DNA from: the human T2T-CHM13v2.0 reference genome, Homo sapiens | DNA: 64,000 bases | NCBI RefSeq assembly: GCF_009914755.1 | Contig: NC_060927.1 | Reading direction: 5' to 3' (one strand) | Part shown: piece by piece, positions 49,673-64,000 of the stretch | How the letters are laid out: each line of letters starts with the position of its first letter | Numbering within the stretch: the first letter of the stretch is position 1 | Notes under the pieces: model-generated | Told to the model about the DNA's origin: nothing | The model's input: only the letters and a program-made list of their open reading frames with translations | Database searches by the model: none | Position numbers and translations under genes: made by a program

Positions 49673-50138
49673 CTTATTTATCCGAAGAGCATAAAATCTT
49701 CACAGAAGATTTTAGAATGGGACATCTAGAGGTTTGCTATACCAGGAGTAAAGAGATGAAGCATAGTCCAATTTTCATGACAACTTATTCTCATAAAGAA
49801 GTGGTCCAGAGCACTTGTATTTGCAGATCTTTTTTTCTTTGTTCAGAATATTAGGCAGGGTTCTGAGGAAATTGAAAAGAAGACAGCATGAATGAATGAC
49901 TGAATGCACTCAATCTATAGAGGGAATGAGATCCCCAGATAGATATTAACAGAAAGAACATGTTTAAAGATAATCACAGCCAGTGGGAAAGGCAGAGTGG
50001 TATCCTCTGAGGGAGGAGCCTTGCAGGCTCCCTCACTTGCATCCTGTTTTCATTTCTTGGACCGCTTCATGGAAACTGTGTGTTGCTGTGGAACATGCCT
50101 TGGACTTGGCATGAGATGCCTTGAATTGAATGTCCACG

Positions 50139-50632
50139 GATATGGTTTGGCTCTCTGTCCCCACCCAAATCTTTTGTTGGATTGTAATCCCCAATGTTGG
50201 CAGAGGGACTTGGTGGGAGATGATTGGATTATGGGTGCAGATTTCCCCCTTGCTGTTCTGGTGGTGACAGTGAATTCTCATGAGATCTGGTTGTTTAAAA
50301 GTATGTAGCAGCTGGGCGCAGTGGCTCATGCCTGTAGTCCCAGCACTTTGGGAGGCCAAGGGGGGCAGATCACCTGAAGTCAGGAGTTCGAGACCAGCCT
50401 GGCCAACATGGTGAAACACTGTCTCTACTAAAAATACAAAATTAGTTGGGCATGTTGGTGTGCACCTGTAATCCCAGCTACTCAGGAGACTGAGGCATGA
50501 GAATCGCTTGCACCTGGGAGGCGGAGGTTGCAGTGAGCCAAGATGGTGCCAATGTACTGTGGCCCGGGCAACAAGAGCAAAATTCCATCTCCAAAAAAAA
50601 AAAAAGAATGTGCATAACACTTCCCCTTTTGC

Positions 50633-50635
<3 letters not shown>
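50139..50635 (+). mobile_element. MST-type MaLR LTR 5' part (Alu-interrupted, 3' part missing)
   Basis: 'gatatggtttggctctctgtccccacccaaatc...gagatctggttgtttaaaagt'; resumes briefly after the Alu. Confidence 0.85.
50311..50605 (+). mobile_element. AluSp/Sq-like
   Basis: 'ggcaacaagagcaaaa'; inserted in the MST. Confidence 0.92.
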
Positions 50636-51388
<753 letters not shown>

Positions 51389-52373
51389 AGCTAAGCTAGA
51401 AATATGACCTTTTAACTTAAATACTTATCTTTACTCCTTTTGTTCTAAGGGGGATGCTTTTGATTTTATTATAAAAGCTTAGGTGTTTTAAAAATCTTTC
51501 GTTTAGTCTTATTTTTCCCTTTATTTTATGTGGCCTTTTAGAAACAACAGGTGTTTCTTTGTGGTGAAGTTTGCCTTAATTAATTGAGTGAAAGGAGAGG
51601 AAGGTGACTTGTTCTGGTAGATTGGACAGACTCAGGAGGCTCTTTAGCTAGCATTGTAACAAACCGTGTTCTATTTGATGAATGGATGGATCTTATCTAT
51701 TTAGAGTCTTAGCTAGATGGAAAGAGTAATATTGAAAGACTATGCCTTAAATAATATACTGGAGCTAAAAATATGAATTTGAGTGTCTGATTTTTTTCCA
51801 TTGGCTGAGAGTTTAAATTCATAAGTACTCTATCACCATTTTTCATTGTCAGTGATTTCCTGGAGACTTTAGATTTAAGGCTTAGTTTTGCCATTTATTT
51901 TTAGGTCTCTGCCAATTTGTCCATTAAATTAATAACATCAATTTTAAGCTTAAGTTCAAATGCATCTCTTAAAATATGAATACTATTCTAATTTTCTTTG
52001 GTCAGCTCAATTTCAGAGCCTTTAGTGGCCCTCACTGAAGGAGTTAAGGGATTAGAAATGGAACTGGGACCAAGACAAGGCAGATGTTCCCCTGTTATCA
52101 ATATTGAATGTTGTGTGTAGCATGCTGTCTTAAGAGAATATATTATATATATTTTCCCTTACACGCACATATGTGCATGTATATGTACACATACATATGT
52201 GTGTGAGTGTGTATACAAAAAAACTATCATAGAACTTCCTTACTTTCATTTTCATAGTAGAGTCATTTTTTCACGTTGGAACATACAAATTTATCGTATT
52301 CTTTTAAATAGCTGCAAGGTATTTCTTTGGATGAACATGACATTCATTTAGTAAGAAATATTTATTGAGCTTA

Positions 52374-53586
<1,213 letters not shown>

Positions 53587-53862
53587 AAAGTGTTTTTTTT
53601 CTGGTATTTTGTAAACATGTGCTTATGTTGCAATCTCGTGTTTTTTTCAGTTAGGCAGTCTGTTTCCTGTTTGATAGTTGTAGGTTTGCTCTTTTTCCTT
53701 CTCGACTCCTCCTATTATAATTATATTATATTTATTGCTGAAGTCAATAATCAGTTTATCATATTAATACTATCTAAAGATTGTTCACCACTGAGCTAAA
53801 AGGTATGCTCTGATTATATTTCTTCTTTTATTCAAATCTTAGTTTTTCTTCAAGTAAACAAA

Positions 53863-54058
53863 GTAGGCCAAATCCGGCCTGTCACTTTTCTTTGCAAATA
53901 AAGTTTTATTGGAACACAGGCTCATTCACTTACTTATTGTCTAGGGCAGCTTTTGTGATACAACAGTAGAACTCAATAGTTGTGATAGAAATTATATGGT
54001 CTGCAAAACTTAAAATATTACTCTCTGACCTTTTATGGAAAAAGTTTGCTGACGCCTA
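53863..54058. mobile_element. MER58 hAT element
   Basis: 'ggccaaatccggcc...aataaagttttattggaacacag...aaaagtttgctgac'. Confidence 0.85.
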
Positions 54059-54079
54059 TGCTACTTAGTAATGATTGCA

Positions 54080-54930
54080 CTTTTTCATTTTCTTTGTTTA
54101 TGTAATTTATTAAAATTTCAGTTCAAAATATTTTAAAATTTCTTTTGAAATTTACTTGAACCATTAATTATTTATCTAAGTGTGGTGCTTAACTTTGCAG
54201 CATTTGGAGATTTTCTGTTAATTTTTTTGGTAATTGATTTTTATCTTAATTCTGGTATGGCCAAGAGAACATAAGTAAATAAATTCTAATCTTTAAAATG
54301 TATTGAAATGTGTTTTATGGAATGATATGTGGTCAATTACAGTAAATTCCCTACATATGCTTTAAAAGAATGCATATTCTGCAGTTTTTAGGATCAATGT
54401 TCTATATATGCTTGAGGGTCGATTTCTTAATTGCACTATTAACATTTTCTGTATTCTTACTGATTTTTGTTTATCAGTTTTTGAAAAAGGTACGTTAAGC
54501 TCTCCCACTATGATTGTGGATTTGTCTATTTTTCCTTAAAATTGTTGTATTTTAAAAATACACTTTGAGGTTATGCTTTTAGGTGAGTACAAATTTAAAA
54601 TTGTTATATTTTCCTGGTGAAGTGACTTTTTTCATTATAAAATCTCCCTCTTTACCTCAAGTAATTTTAATTATCCAAAAACATTAGTATAATTTTTTCT
54701 TGTGTTTAAATTGTATTGTATATTTTTTCCATTCTTTCATTTTCAACTATTCTACATGTTTATTTTTAAAGCATATCTCTTGTAAGCAGCTTATAGTTGT
54801 ATCTTTAAAATAAAAATTCAGTTGATAATCCAGTTTAATTACAAAATATTAATTTAATTTACAGTTGAAGTAATTACTGGTATATTTATTTAAAACATAC
54901 CATTAATTTTTTCCCCTTTACTCACTTATT
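54080..54930 (-). mobile_element. Old L1M ORF2 5' (endonuclease) fragment
   Basis: 'aagaatgcatattctgcag', 'ctcccactatgattgtggatttgtctattt'. Confidence 0.7.
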
Positions 54931-54939
54931 CTATGTGCT

Positions 54940-55500
<561 letters not shown>

Positions 55501-56419
55501 GCACTTGATTCTTTGTCATAGATATCAGTTCTCTGGCAAACTTTTTCACCTTGACTCTTATTTTCCTAAACGTATTAATCATAGTTACTTTAAAGTTTGT
55601 GTCTGATAAATCTAATAAATGATCACCTGCTCGTCTGTTTCTGTTGTCTAGTTTTTTTGGTTTGATCCTTACTCTTGGTATTATAAATTATAGAGTTTCT
55701 GGATGATTTTCAAAGATGATTTTCTTTAGTTTCCAGCATGCACTTATAGTAGAAGCAGATCACTTTAACCATACTAATATCGATGTTATTGGGAGAATTA
55801 GAATTTGGACTGTAGCTTTTGTAAGATCTGGTTACCACTTCACCCTTACTAATAGAGGGTAATTCTGCAGGAGTGTTTTCTGTATAGGAAACTCAGAAAC
55901 TAAATTATAAATGGAGGGTTTCATGGAAATATTAAGGATTTCTAGGCTATGTGTTTTTAAGTATGCACTTATTTACCTAAGGATTATCCAAGGCCAATAT
56001 TGAATTTGAAGTTGGACTCTCCCAGCCTCTGAAAGGCTTCTGAGAATTTCTCCCCTCCCACCAAGTTGCTTACATTTTCCGAATAGATATTAAGTCTAAT
56101 ATTAGACTCCAGAAACAAAATTGAGAAGGTAAAACTACAACCAAGGATGCTAAATAATAATGTAAATTTCTGGCATTAAATATGAATGATATATATATTA
56201 TATGTGACACAGTACAACTGTGGACATAATTAAGAACATTCAAATTTTTACCATGTCAGGGTGAATTTTACAGAACTGCCATAATCATCGCCTCTCCTTT
56301 TTCACACACACTTGTGCTGCTGTTGAGGGATGGAGGGGCCTTATTCACCCAGAAATGCTCTAGGTGCCCTCCCAGTCATATGCGCCGCATCAAGGTTCTT
56401 GGGAATCAACAGGAAGTAA

Positions 56420-57080
56420 GTCATAGGAATCAATACAGGAGTCTGTATTGAAGTCTGAAACCTGGGTTCTAATCCTGGCTCTGCTTCTAATTATTTGGAT
56501 AGTCTTGTTAATTCATTTAGCTTTTAAAAAAATACACTTTTAAAAATAGCAGCTTTAGTTCCACAGCAAAATTGAGATGAAGATACAGAGATTTTCCATA
56601 TATTCCCTGGCCCCACACATGCACAGCCTCTCCTACTATCAACATCTCCACTAGAGTAGTACATTTGTCATAGTTAACCAACCTACATTGACACATCATA
56701 ATCACCTAAAGTCTGTAATTGACATTTGGGTTCACTATAGGTGTACATTCTGTGTGTTTGGTTATGTATACTGCCGTGTATCCAGCATTACAGTATATAG
56801 TGCAGTTTCCCTGCCCTAAAAATCCTTTGTGTTCTGCCTCTTCATCCCTCTCTCCCCTTCCCAAACTCTGGCAACCACTGGTCTTTTTTACTGTCTCCAT
56901 AGTTTTGCCTATTTCAGAATGTCAAATCATTTAGCTTTAAAAAGTTTTGTAGGACTCAATATTTTCATCTATAAGTGAGGCCAATGATTTCCATCCTACC
57001 TTCCCCGGCTGGTAGTTGGTAGTACCAAGCATGAAATGTGAAAATGCTTCACAGTCAGTACAATTCTGTGTAAATACTGT
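56420..57080 (+). mobile_element. MIR split by an L1MC
   Basis: 'aaacctgggttctaatcctggctctgc' ... 'ctcaatattttcatctataa'. Confidence 0.6.
56526..56925 (-). mobile_element. L1MC1/2-type 3' end
   Basis: 'cacagcaaaattgag...acctacattgacacatcataatcacc'; TSD tcatttagcttt. Confidence 0.85.
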
Positions 57081-57504
57081 TGCCACCACGATGCCATGAT
57101 GTCACTGGTATTTCAGAGGAGGAGACATTTTTTTTTTCTAGTAGCTCTTTAAATGCTTGTACTCAGTTGTGTGAGAAAAGGAAATTTTCAGAAAAATTAG
57201 CCTGGTGGTTTGCCATTGGTTTGTTTCAAAGTTAGTAGTATTTGTTCTGTTATCCTTTAGTTTTTCTTTGAAACAAGTCCTGATCACTCGTTAATGATCT
57301 CTTGTAGTATTTTGGTGGCAAATTTACCTAGTTTTGTGGGGTTTGACTTAGAATAGCCTTTTGGTAGGCTCTCAAAACTGTTATGATTGCTTCCAAAGGC
57401 TACTCTCCCTACAGGACCTGATTCAAAACTCCCTGTGTGCTAATGGGACCTGACATCCACGTCACAGGAAGTCTCTCCTCCCCACTAGACAAACTCAATC
57501 ATGT

Positions 57505-57675
57505 AGGTCAGAACTTCCTAATTTGAGTGGGCATCAGCATCACCTGGAGGGCCTGTTAAAACACTGATTGCTGGGCACCACCTAACTATTCCCATTTCAG
57601 TATGTCTGGGGTGCAGGTCCAAGAATTTGTGTTTCTAATGGGTTCCCTGCTGGTATTGATGCTGTTGGCTCACAA
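57505..57675. mobile_element. MER5A
   Basis: 'gcatcagcatcacctggagggcctgttaaaacac...gtctggggtg...agaatttgtgtttctaa'. Confidence 0.8.
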
Positions 57676-59384
57676 CCTGGGGAGGGTTTCTTAAAGTGTT
57701 TCAAAGGACTGCCTTGTTCAGAAACTCCTGGAGCCAATGTGAAGCCTGGATTTCACTAGGGTTATAAATTTGGGGCTTGGAAGAAGATATTGTAGACATA
57801 TGACATTAATGAAGTTCTCTGACCTATTTGAGTGGACAGTTTGACAGTTTCACATTGTGTGATCCAGGGAAGTCACACTGTGAGCTTAGTGACCTTGCCT
57901 CGTCACCACACCCCTAAGGTGGTGACACAGGACTGTTTGAGGCTGGAAGAGATCATGGACACGAGAGGCCCGTGTAAACATGGGGGTGCTTCTCCAGGAC
58001 TGGGTGTTCCTGTTTCTAACAAATGTTATTATGGGACTGAAGGGGAGAGCCGAGTTCAGGGCCATCCACAGGGAACGCAGAGCTGTCAGTCACTTCCTTA
58101 CAGAAACAGAACAATACACACTGTTTATTTCTCTTCAGTCTGTGGGATTTTTTTCAACATCGATTTTACACATCTGGTTCTGAGAAGAATCCATACTGTT
58201 ACCATTCACCTGGCCACCCTAACTGTAACATTTCAGTGTTTGGGGAATTCTAACAACTGAAATCAATGGCTTTTTTGATCCAGCAGATTCTTCCATCTTC
58301 TTAATCTTGCTGCATCCCCCTCTCACTTGGCAGACTCTGCCTGAGCCCTCACACTGCTGCTTCCTTCACATCAGTGGACTTTCCAGCCTCTTCTCTTCAC
58401 ACTGGCCCTTTAAGAAGACATTTAAAGCAATTATTCAGTTCAGTTTCGTTATATTCTGCTCTCAGAGCTACTGTAATAGCGTACTTGAAAGAAGCTGGTT
58501 GTGTTGAATTTTGTGTTTGCTTTCCAGTTACCGGAATGGCACCTTCACCCCTTCTCATCTCTGCTCATTTTATTATTTACCTGAATGATTTTTCTGTTTC
58601 AAGAAAGCAAGTGGAACATGAAAGGCCAAATATTTCTGTCTGTTCAGTTCAAGAATTTTTCAGTCAATGGTCTACTGTTTTAAAGTATCATTGCAAAGAA
58701 AATTGAGACCATTAATCTTCTCTAAAACATCTTTTGTGTTCTAATAAACATATTTTTCCATTTCTTAGTACTTTACAATTCTGATTGCTTTTGATTATAT
58801 ATTTGTAGAGATATTTTTTTCTGAAAAGTAAAAAGCCGTTAAATATATTTATTTTCCTCTTTCTTAAGGAAGTCTCTGATATAGTCACACCCACACATGA
58901 ATGAATGAACAATTGGGAATGACTGTCCCAGCTGGGACGCCACTGGAATTTTCTTACCTTTCCAATTTCCTTTCCTTGATAGTGCCCTTCCCACTCACCA
59001 CTGTAGACCCAAAAGCTATTTGTGGAGCTTTCCCAACCAAGGGGAGACGAGCTCCTGCTTCCTGATCTAACTTTAATGCAGTCCAGGGCAAGATTTGATA
59101 AAGGGATGGAGGGGTAGTCAGCCTGATAGTAGCAAAGAAGAAGGAAAGAGGAGGTGGTCCGAAAGACCATTCAATGGTCTTTCCACTTACTGCTGCTTTG
59201 GTTCCAGCATCATCTTATTCTGAGCCTCTCCTATGTCTACTAAGTCCTCATTCTGGAAGCTCCTGCTCCAGCACTTACCATAATACAGGACACCTGGTGC
59301 TTTGTGTACTCACTGCAAAGAAACTGTTACTCCATTCATGGCCTATCAATGGTACCTAAGTAGTCTATATCTTTATAGCTTTAG

Positions 59385-59540
59385 ATCACCATGGTGGTCT
59401 TCAGAAAGTTCATGGACCTACTGAAACAAACAAGGACTTGTTTGAATATTCATTTGTGTTTTCCTGGGAAGACAGTCCACAGCTTTCATCAGATTCTTAT
59501 AGAGCCATATGACCCAAAGATATTTTAAAAGATGAAGAAG
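59385..59540. mobile_element. MER103-like hAT remnant
   Basis: 'gtccacagctttcatcagattctt...tgacccaaa'. Confidence 0.55.
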
Positions 59541-59574
59541 TAACTACTGATGTGGTAGTAGAAGGCCTGGAGAC

Positions 59575-60410
59575 AGTGTGCAACAATAAATATTTATTGA
59601 GCACCTGCAATATGCCAGGTACTGTTCTAGACTCTTGATATATCTATGAACAACAACAAAAACCCCCTCCCAAATCCTTACTTCATGAAGTTTACGTTGC
59701 AGTGGGTAGAGAAAGACAACAAACCGTATACACAATACTTCACACACAATATCGGAGAGTATAAGTGCCATAGGAAAATAAAGCAGAGTGAGGGGGATCA
59801 GGGATGAGGTGGGGGAGAACTGTGATTTCAGGGTAGACCTCATTGAGAAAGTGACATTTTAGTAAAATCCCGAAGAGGGAAGGAATCAGGTGGCCATATG
59901 AGGGAAGAATGTACCAGGCAGAGGGAACAGCTAGTACAATAACTTTAGGGTGGGAGCAAGCCTGGTGTGTTCAGAGTGGTGGGGTGGAGTGAGTGAGACA
60001 GAGGGGCAGGCAGTGAGTCAGAGGGTATGTGGAGTGGGTGCGTGGATGAATCCGGGTCTCATATGCCTCTGTGCGCGACTCTGGGAGCCCCTTGAAGAAC
60101 TTTAAGCAGAGGAGAGATATGACCTGACTTAGGGTAGATTCGGATCACTCTGATGTGTTAAAAACAGACTAGGGGTTAAGGGCAGGAGCAGGGAGACTAG
60201 GCTGCTTTGCAGTCATCCCGGGAAGACAGGATGATACAGCATGGACAGAATGGTCACAGAGGAGTCCTGGGGGCTGGGTAGATTTTGAATATATTTGGAA
60301 GTAGATCCAACAAGTTTGCTGAGAGGTCAGATGTGAATTGTCAGAGAAAGAGAGAGCCAAGGATGACTCTAAGACTTTCGGCCTGAACAACTAAAAGGAT
60401 GGAATTAATG
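59575..60410 (-). mobile_element. L2a
   Basis: 'aaatatttattgagcacct...tgccaggtactgttctag', 'ccaggcagagggaacagc', 'ggatgactctaagactttcggcctga'. Confidence 0.85.
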
Positions 60411-60419
60411 GGAAAAACT

Positions 60420-60615
60420 AGGGATTTTAGGTCAGACAGGACATGGATCTCAGTTCTGCCATTTACTGGCTACATTGTGACCTGACTTATGGGCAAGTAA
60501 CTTAACCTTTCTGAATCTCAATGTTTTATTTGCAAACTAGGGACAATCATTCCTATCTTGTAACAATGCTATGAGGAGTTAATGTGCTTGGGGTATGGTC
60601 CATTGAACAGATGCT
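60420..60615 (+). mobile_element. MIR
   Basis: 'tgggcaagtaacttaacctttctgaatctca'. Confidence 0.7.
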
Positions 60616-62229
60616 AATCTCTTTCCACAATTTTCTTTTAGTGAATGAAGGAGGGAAGAAAGGAGAGACAGAGAAAATATGGGTGAGTAGTGTCTCCATC
60701 TGAGATTTTTTTCTCAGTAAGATCATGTCTTTTTGGCTCCATTGTCTAAATATGTTTTATGGTATCCGAGGATTTATCTTTCCATCAGCCCCATGTTTTC
60801 TCCTGCCAGGTTCCTGGGGATACTAACTTAGGGTTCAATTTATTATCTTTGACACGTTATTTTATTATTTATCTTAAAATATGTTTTTATAGTGAAGAAG
60901 AAATTCTCACCTGATACTATCCATTATCCATGCATACTGTTCACAAACAGGCATAGCCAATAAGTTTATTGGGCTTCATTGATGAGGCTATTGGTGTATT
61001 AAACATTTTATGTCAGGTAGAAATTCCTGTTGAGTTATTACATAGCCATTTAAGAATGTTTTACTGATATTTGGTATGATTAGTGAGGATTTTTTATGGG
61101 TTGGCATGATTATTATTTTTCTTGTTTAAGACACTGAAATATGGTCTACCACTATCTGATTACCAGTTACCAAACATGCTTGCAGGAGTAGCTAGATTTG
61201 GGATAACAAAGTATGCCAAGATTGGGAATTCAACAACTGAAGGAGGAGTGAGTATGAACTGATTGGGTTATAAGAATACATGCTTCTTCTTTGATTCAAA
61301 ATCCCTCAATCCAAGGCATTTCAATGTTTCTGAAATTAGAGTATGTTTTATCACCTATATATATATATATTTAACATGATAACATTTCTGTTAGGGTTTT
61401 TGGTAGATTCCAGATTCCTTCTCTACCCCAATTCAAAACCAACTGAAAAATAAAACAAAAAATATTGCAGATAGAGAATAAATCTGCCAGTGTTATCAGC
61501 AATAGATTGGCTTAGTTTGAGTATTCTAAGCAGTAACAATTTCCTAGGTTCTTAGGTTGATGCCTCCTACTGATCTGGATGGAGAAAAAAGCAGAATGAA
61601 ATTTAATCTTCCCTGCTTGGGACTTGGCTTAATTTGCTTTACTAAATTGAGATTTGTTGTCCACTGGCTCCAGTCTCCCAACTGGCTAGCTAACTCCACC
61701 TCCAGGGTGTGAAAGGAGAGGCTGGTCCCAATCCAGGAGTATTGAATTTTTCCTCGCTAGTGTTATAGGTGCCACAGAGTCACTCTGAGTCCTTAAGAGA
61801 ATGTGATGGCACCTCCCCTTTGATAGGGATGTGGCTTAGTGTCTCCTGGAGGCCCTGAGGTTAGCCAATTTTTTTATGGTAGGGGGGATGGTTAGGTAGG
61901 GGCTTTGTTTTCTAGGAAAGGGAATGTGATTCCTAATATTTTATGTTTTGAGTATCTGAAAAGAGATATTGTCTGTAAAGAGGCTCTGGAAGAGAAGATG
62001 GGAATGAATGAGTACTAGATTTTTCCTTTCTGCTTTTGGAAATCTAGGCTCAGTGCCAAGACATACTTACTAGGAGATGAAACATATCTCCAGTGGTATA
62101 ATTATTTAGCACATGACACTTATAAGGAGATCATAGGAACCTGTATGCATATAGTCTGGGGGAGGGATCTGTGGTTAAAAGGGTAGGTAGGGGAAAATGT
62201 AAAGATATATGCATAGTTTAGCATTTACT

Positions 62230-64000
62230 TATTTATTTATTAATTTTTACTTTATTTTCAGGAGTACATGTGCAGGTTTGTTATATAGGTAAATTGTGTG
62301 TCATGGGGATTTGGTGTACAAAATATTTTATCACCAGGGTAATAAACATAATATCTGATAAGTAGTTTTTCAATCCTCACCCCACTCTCACCCTTTACCA
62401 TTAAGTAGGCCCTGGTGTCTGTGTACTCAATGTTTAGATCCCACTTATAAGGAACAATATGAGGTGTTTAGTTTTCTGTTCCTGCGTTAGTTCACTTAGA
62501 AAAATGGCCTCCAGCTCCATCCATGTTGCTGCAAAAGACATGATCTCATTCTTTTTCATGGCTGTGTAGCATTCCATGGCATATATGTACCACATTTTCT
62601 TTACCCAGTCTACCATTGATGGGTATCTATGTCGATTTTATGTCTTTGCTATTGTGAATAGTGTGGTGATGAACATATGGGTGTATGTGTCTTTATGGTA
62701 AAATGATCTATATTTCTTTGGGTATATATCCAATAATGGGATTTCTGGATTGAATGGTAGTTCTATTTTAAGTTATTTGAGAAATTACCAAACTGCTTTC
62801 CACAGTGGCTGAACTAACTTACATTCCCACCAGCTGTGTATGAGCATTCCCTTTTTTCTACAACCTCACCAGCATCTGTTATTTTTTGACTTATTAAAAA
62901 TAGCCATCCTGACTGGTATGAGATGGTATCTCATTGTGGTTTTAATTTGCATTTCTCTGATGGTTAGTGATGTTGAACATTTTTTCATATGCTTGTTGGC
63001 TGCATGTGTGTCTTCTTTTGGAAAATGTCTTTTTATGTCCTTTGTCCACTTTTTAATGGTGCTGTTTGTTTTTTGCTTAATTTGTTTACATTCTTTATGG
63101 ATTCTGGATATTAGACCTTTGCCAGATGCATATATGCAAATACTCCCTCACATTCTGTGAGAGATATTTCTCCCCTCTGAGAGATATTTCTTTCATTCTG
63201 TCTGTTTACTCTGTTGATAGTTTCTTTTGCTGTGTGGAAGCTCTTTAGTTTAATTAGGTTTCATTCGTTAGTTTTTGTTTTTGTTGCAATTGCTTTTATT
63301 GTCTTCTTCATGAAATCGTTGCCAGTGCCTATGTCCAGGATGGTATTTCCTAGGTTATGTTCCAGGGTTTTTATAGTTTTAGGTTTTACATTCATGTCTT
63401 TAACCCATCTTAAGTTGATTTTTATATATGGTGTAAGGGAAGAGTCCAGTTTCAATCTTCTGCATGTGGCTAGCCAGTTATCCCAGCACCATTTATTGAA
63501 TAGGGAATCTTTCCCATTGCTTATTTTTGTTAACATTGTTGAAGATCAGATGGCTGTAGGAGTGCAGCATTGTTTCTGGGCTCTCTATTCTGTTCCATTG
63601 GTCTATGTGTCTATTTTTGTACCAGTACCATGCTGTTTTGGTTACAGTAGTTTTGTAGTATAGTTTGAGGTTGGGTGATGTGATGCCTCCAGCTTTGTTC
63701 ATTTTCCTTAGGATTGCCTTGAGTATTTAGGCTCTTTTTTGGTTCCATATGAATTTTAAAATAGTATTTTCTAATTCTGTGAAGGATGTCTTTGGTAGTT
63801 TGATAGAAATAGCATTGAATCTGTAGATTGCTTTGGGAAATATGGCCATTTTAACAATATTGATTATTTCTATCCATAAGCATAGAATTTTTTTTTTAAT
63901 TTGTGTCATCTGTGATTTCTTTGAGCAGTGTTTTGTAATTCTCATTGTAGAGCTCTTCACCTCTCTGGTTAGCTGTATTCCTAGGTATTTTGTTCTTTTT
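62230..64000 (-). mobile_element. L1PA15/16-like 3' part, runs off the window
   Basis: 3' UTR 'gtacatgtgcaggtttgttatataggtaaattgtgtgtcatgggg'; ORF2 fragments ([15 protein letters not shown]; [10 protein letters not shown]). Confidence 0.9.

Noticed and set aside
52140-52220. Alternating purine-pyrimidine tract
   Set aside because: Degenerate (TA/CA/TG)n low-complexity sequence with no additional signal.
57832-59170. Several 110-152 aa ORFs in unique sequence
   Set aside because: No recognisable homology or convincing exon structure; lengths compatible with chance.

Overview
Primate (human-like) genomic DNA: AT-rich, no CpG island, mostly interspersed repeats. I find no intact cellular protein-coding gene, RNA gene or CRISPR-type array; the longer ORFs mostly come from Alu, L1, LTR or microsatellite sequence. 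Main elements: a truncated MER57-type ERV1 provirus (7.5-12.2 kb); two essentially full-length but mutated L1PA elements on the minus strand (12.7-18.7 kb and 41.1-47.6 kb), the first carrying an ORF0 homologue on the plus strand; a third L1PA at the right edge; about 16 Alu elements or fragments; several solo LTRs; and hAT MERs, MIR, L2 and old L1M pieces. Points worth a second look: a ~5.7 kb repeat-free island (27.2-32.9 kb) with a candidate terminal exon and AP-1/ETS motifs; a ~2%-diverged local duplication with chimeric Alus that carries a polyadenylated HERV-H LTR7 3' stub; a two-template composite insertion at 35.5 kb; a solo poly(A) insertion with a perfect 16-bp TSD; and several short template-switch scars. 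Subfamily names come from recalled consensus sequences and boundaries of old repeats are approximate. I cannot name the locus, and I do not see evidence of a new multi-gene biological system.
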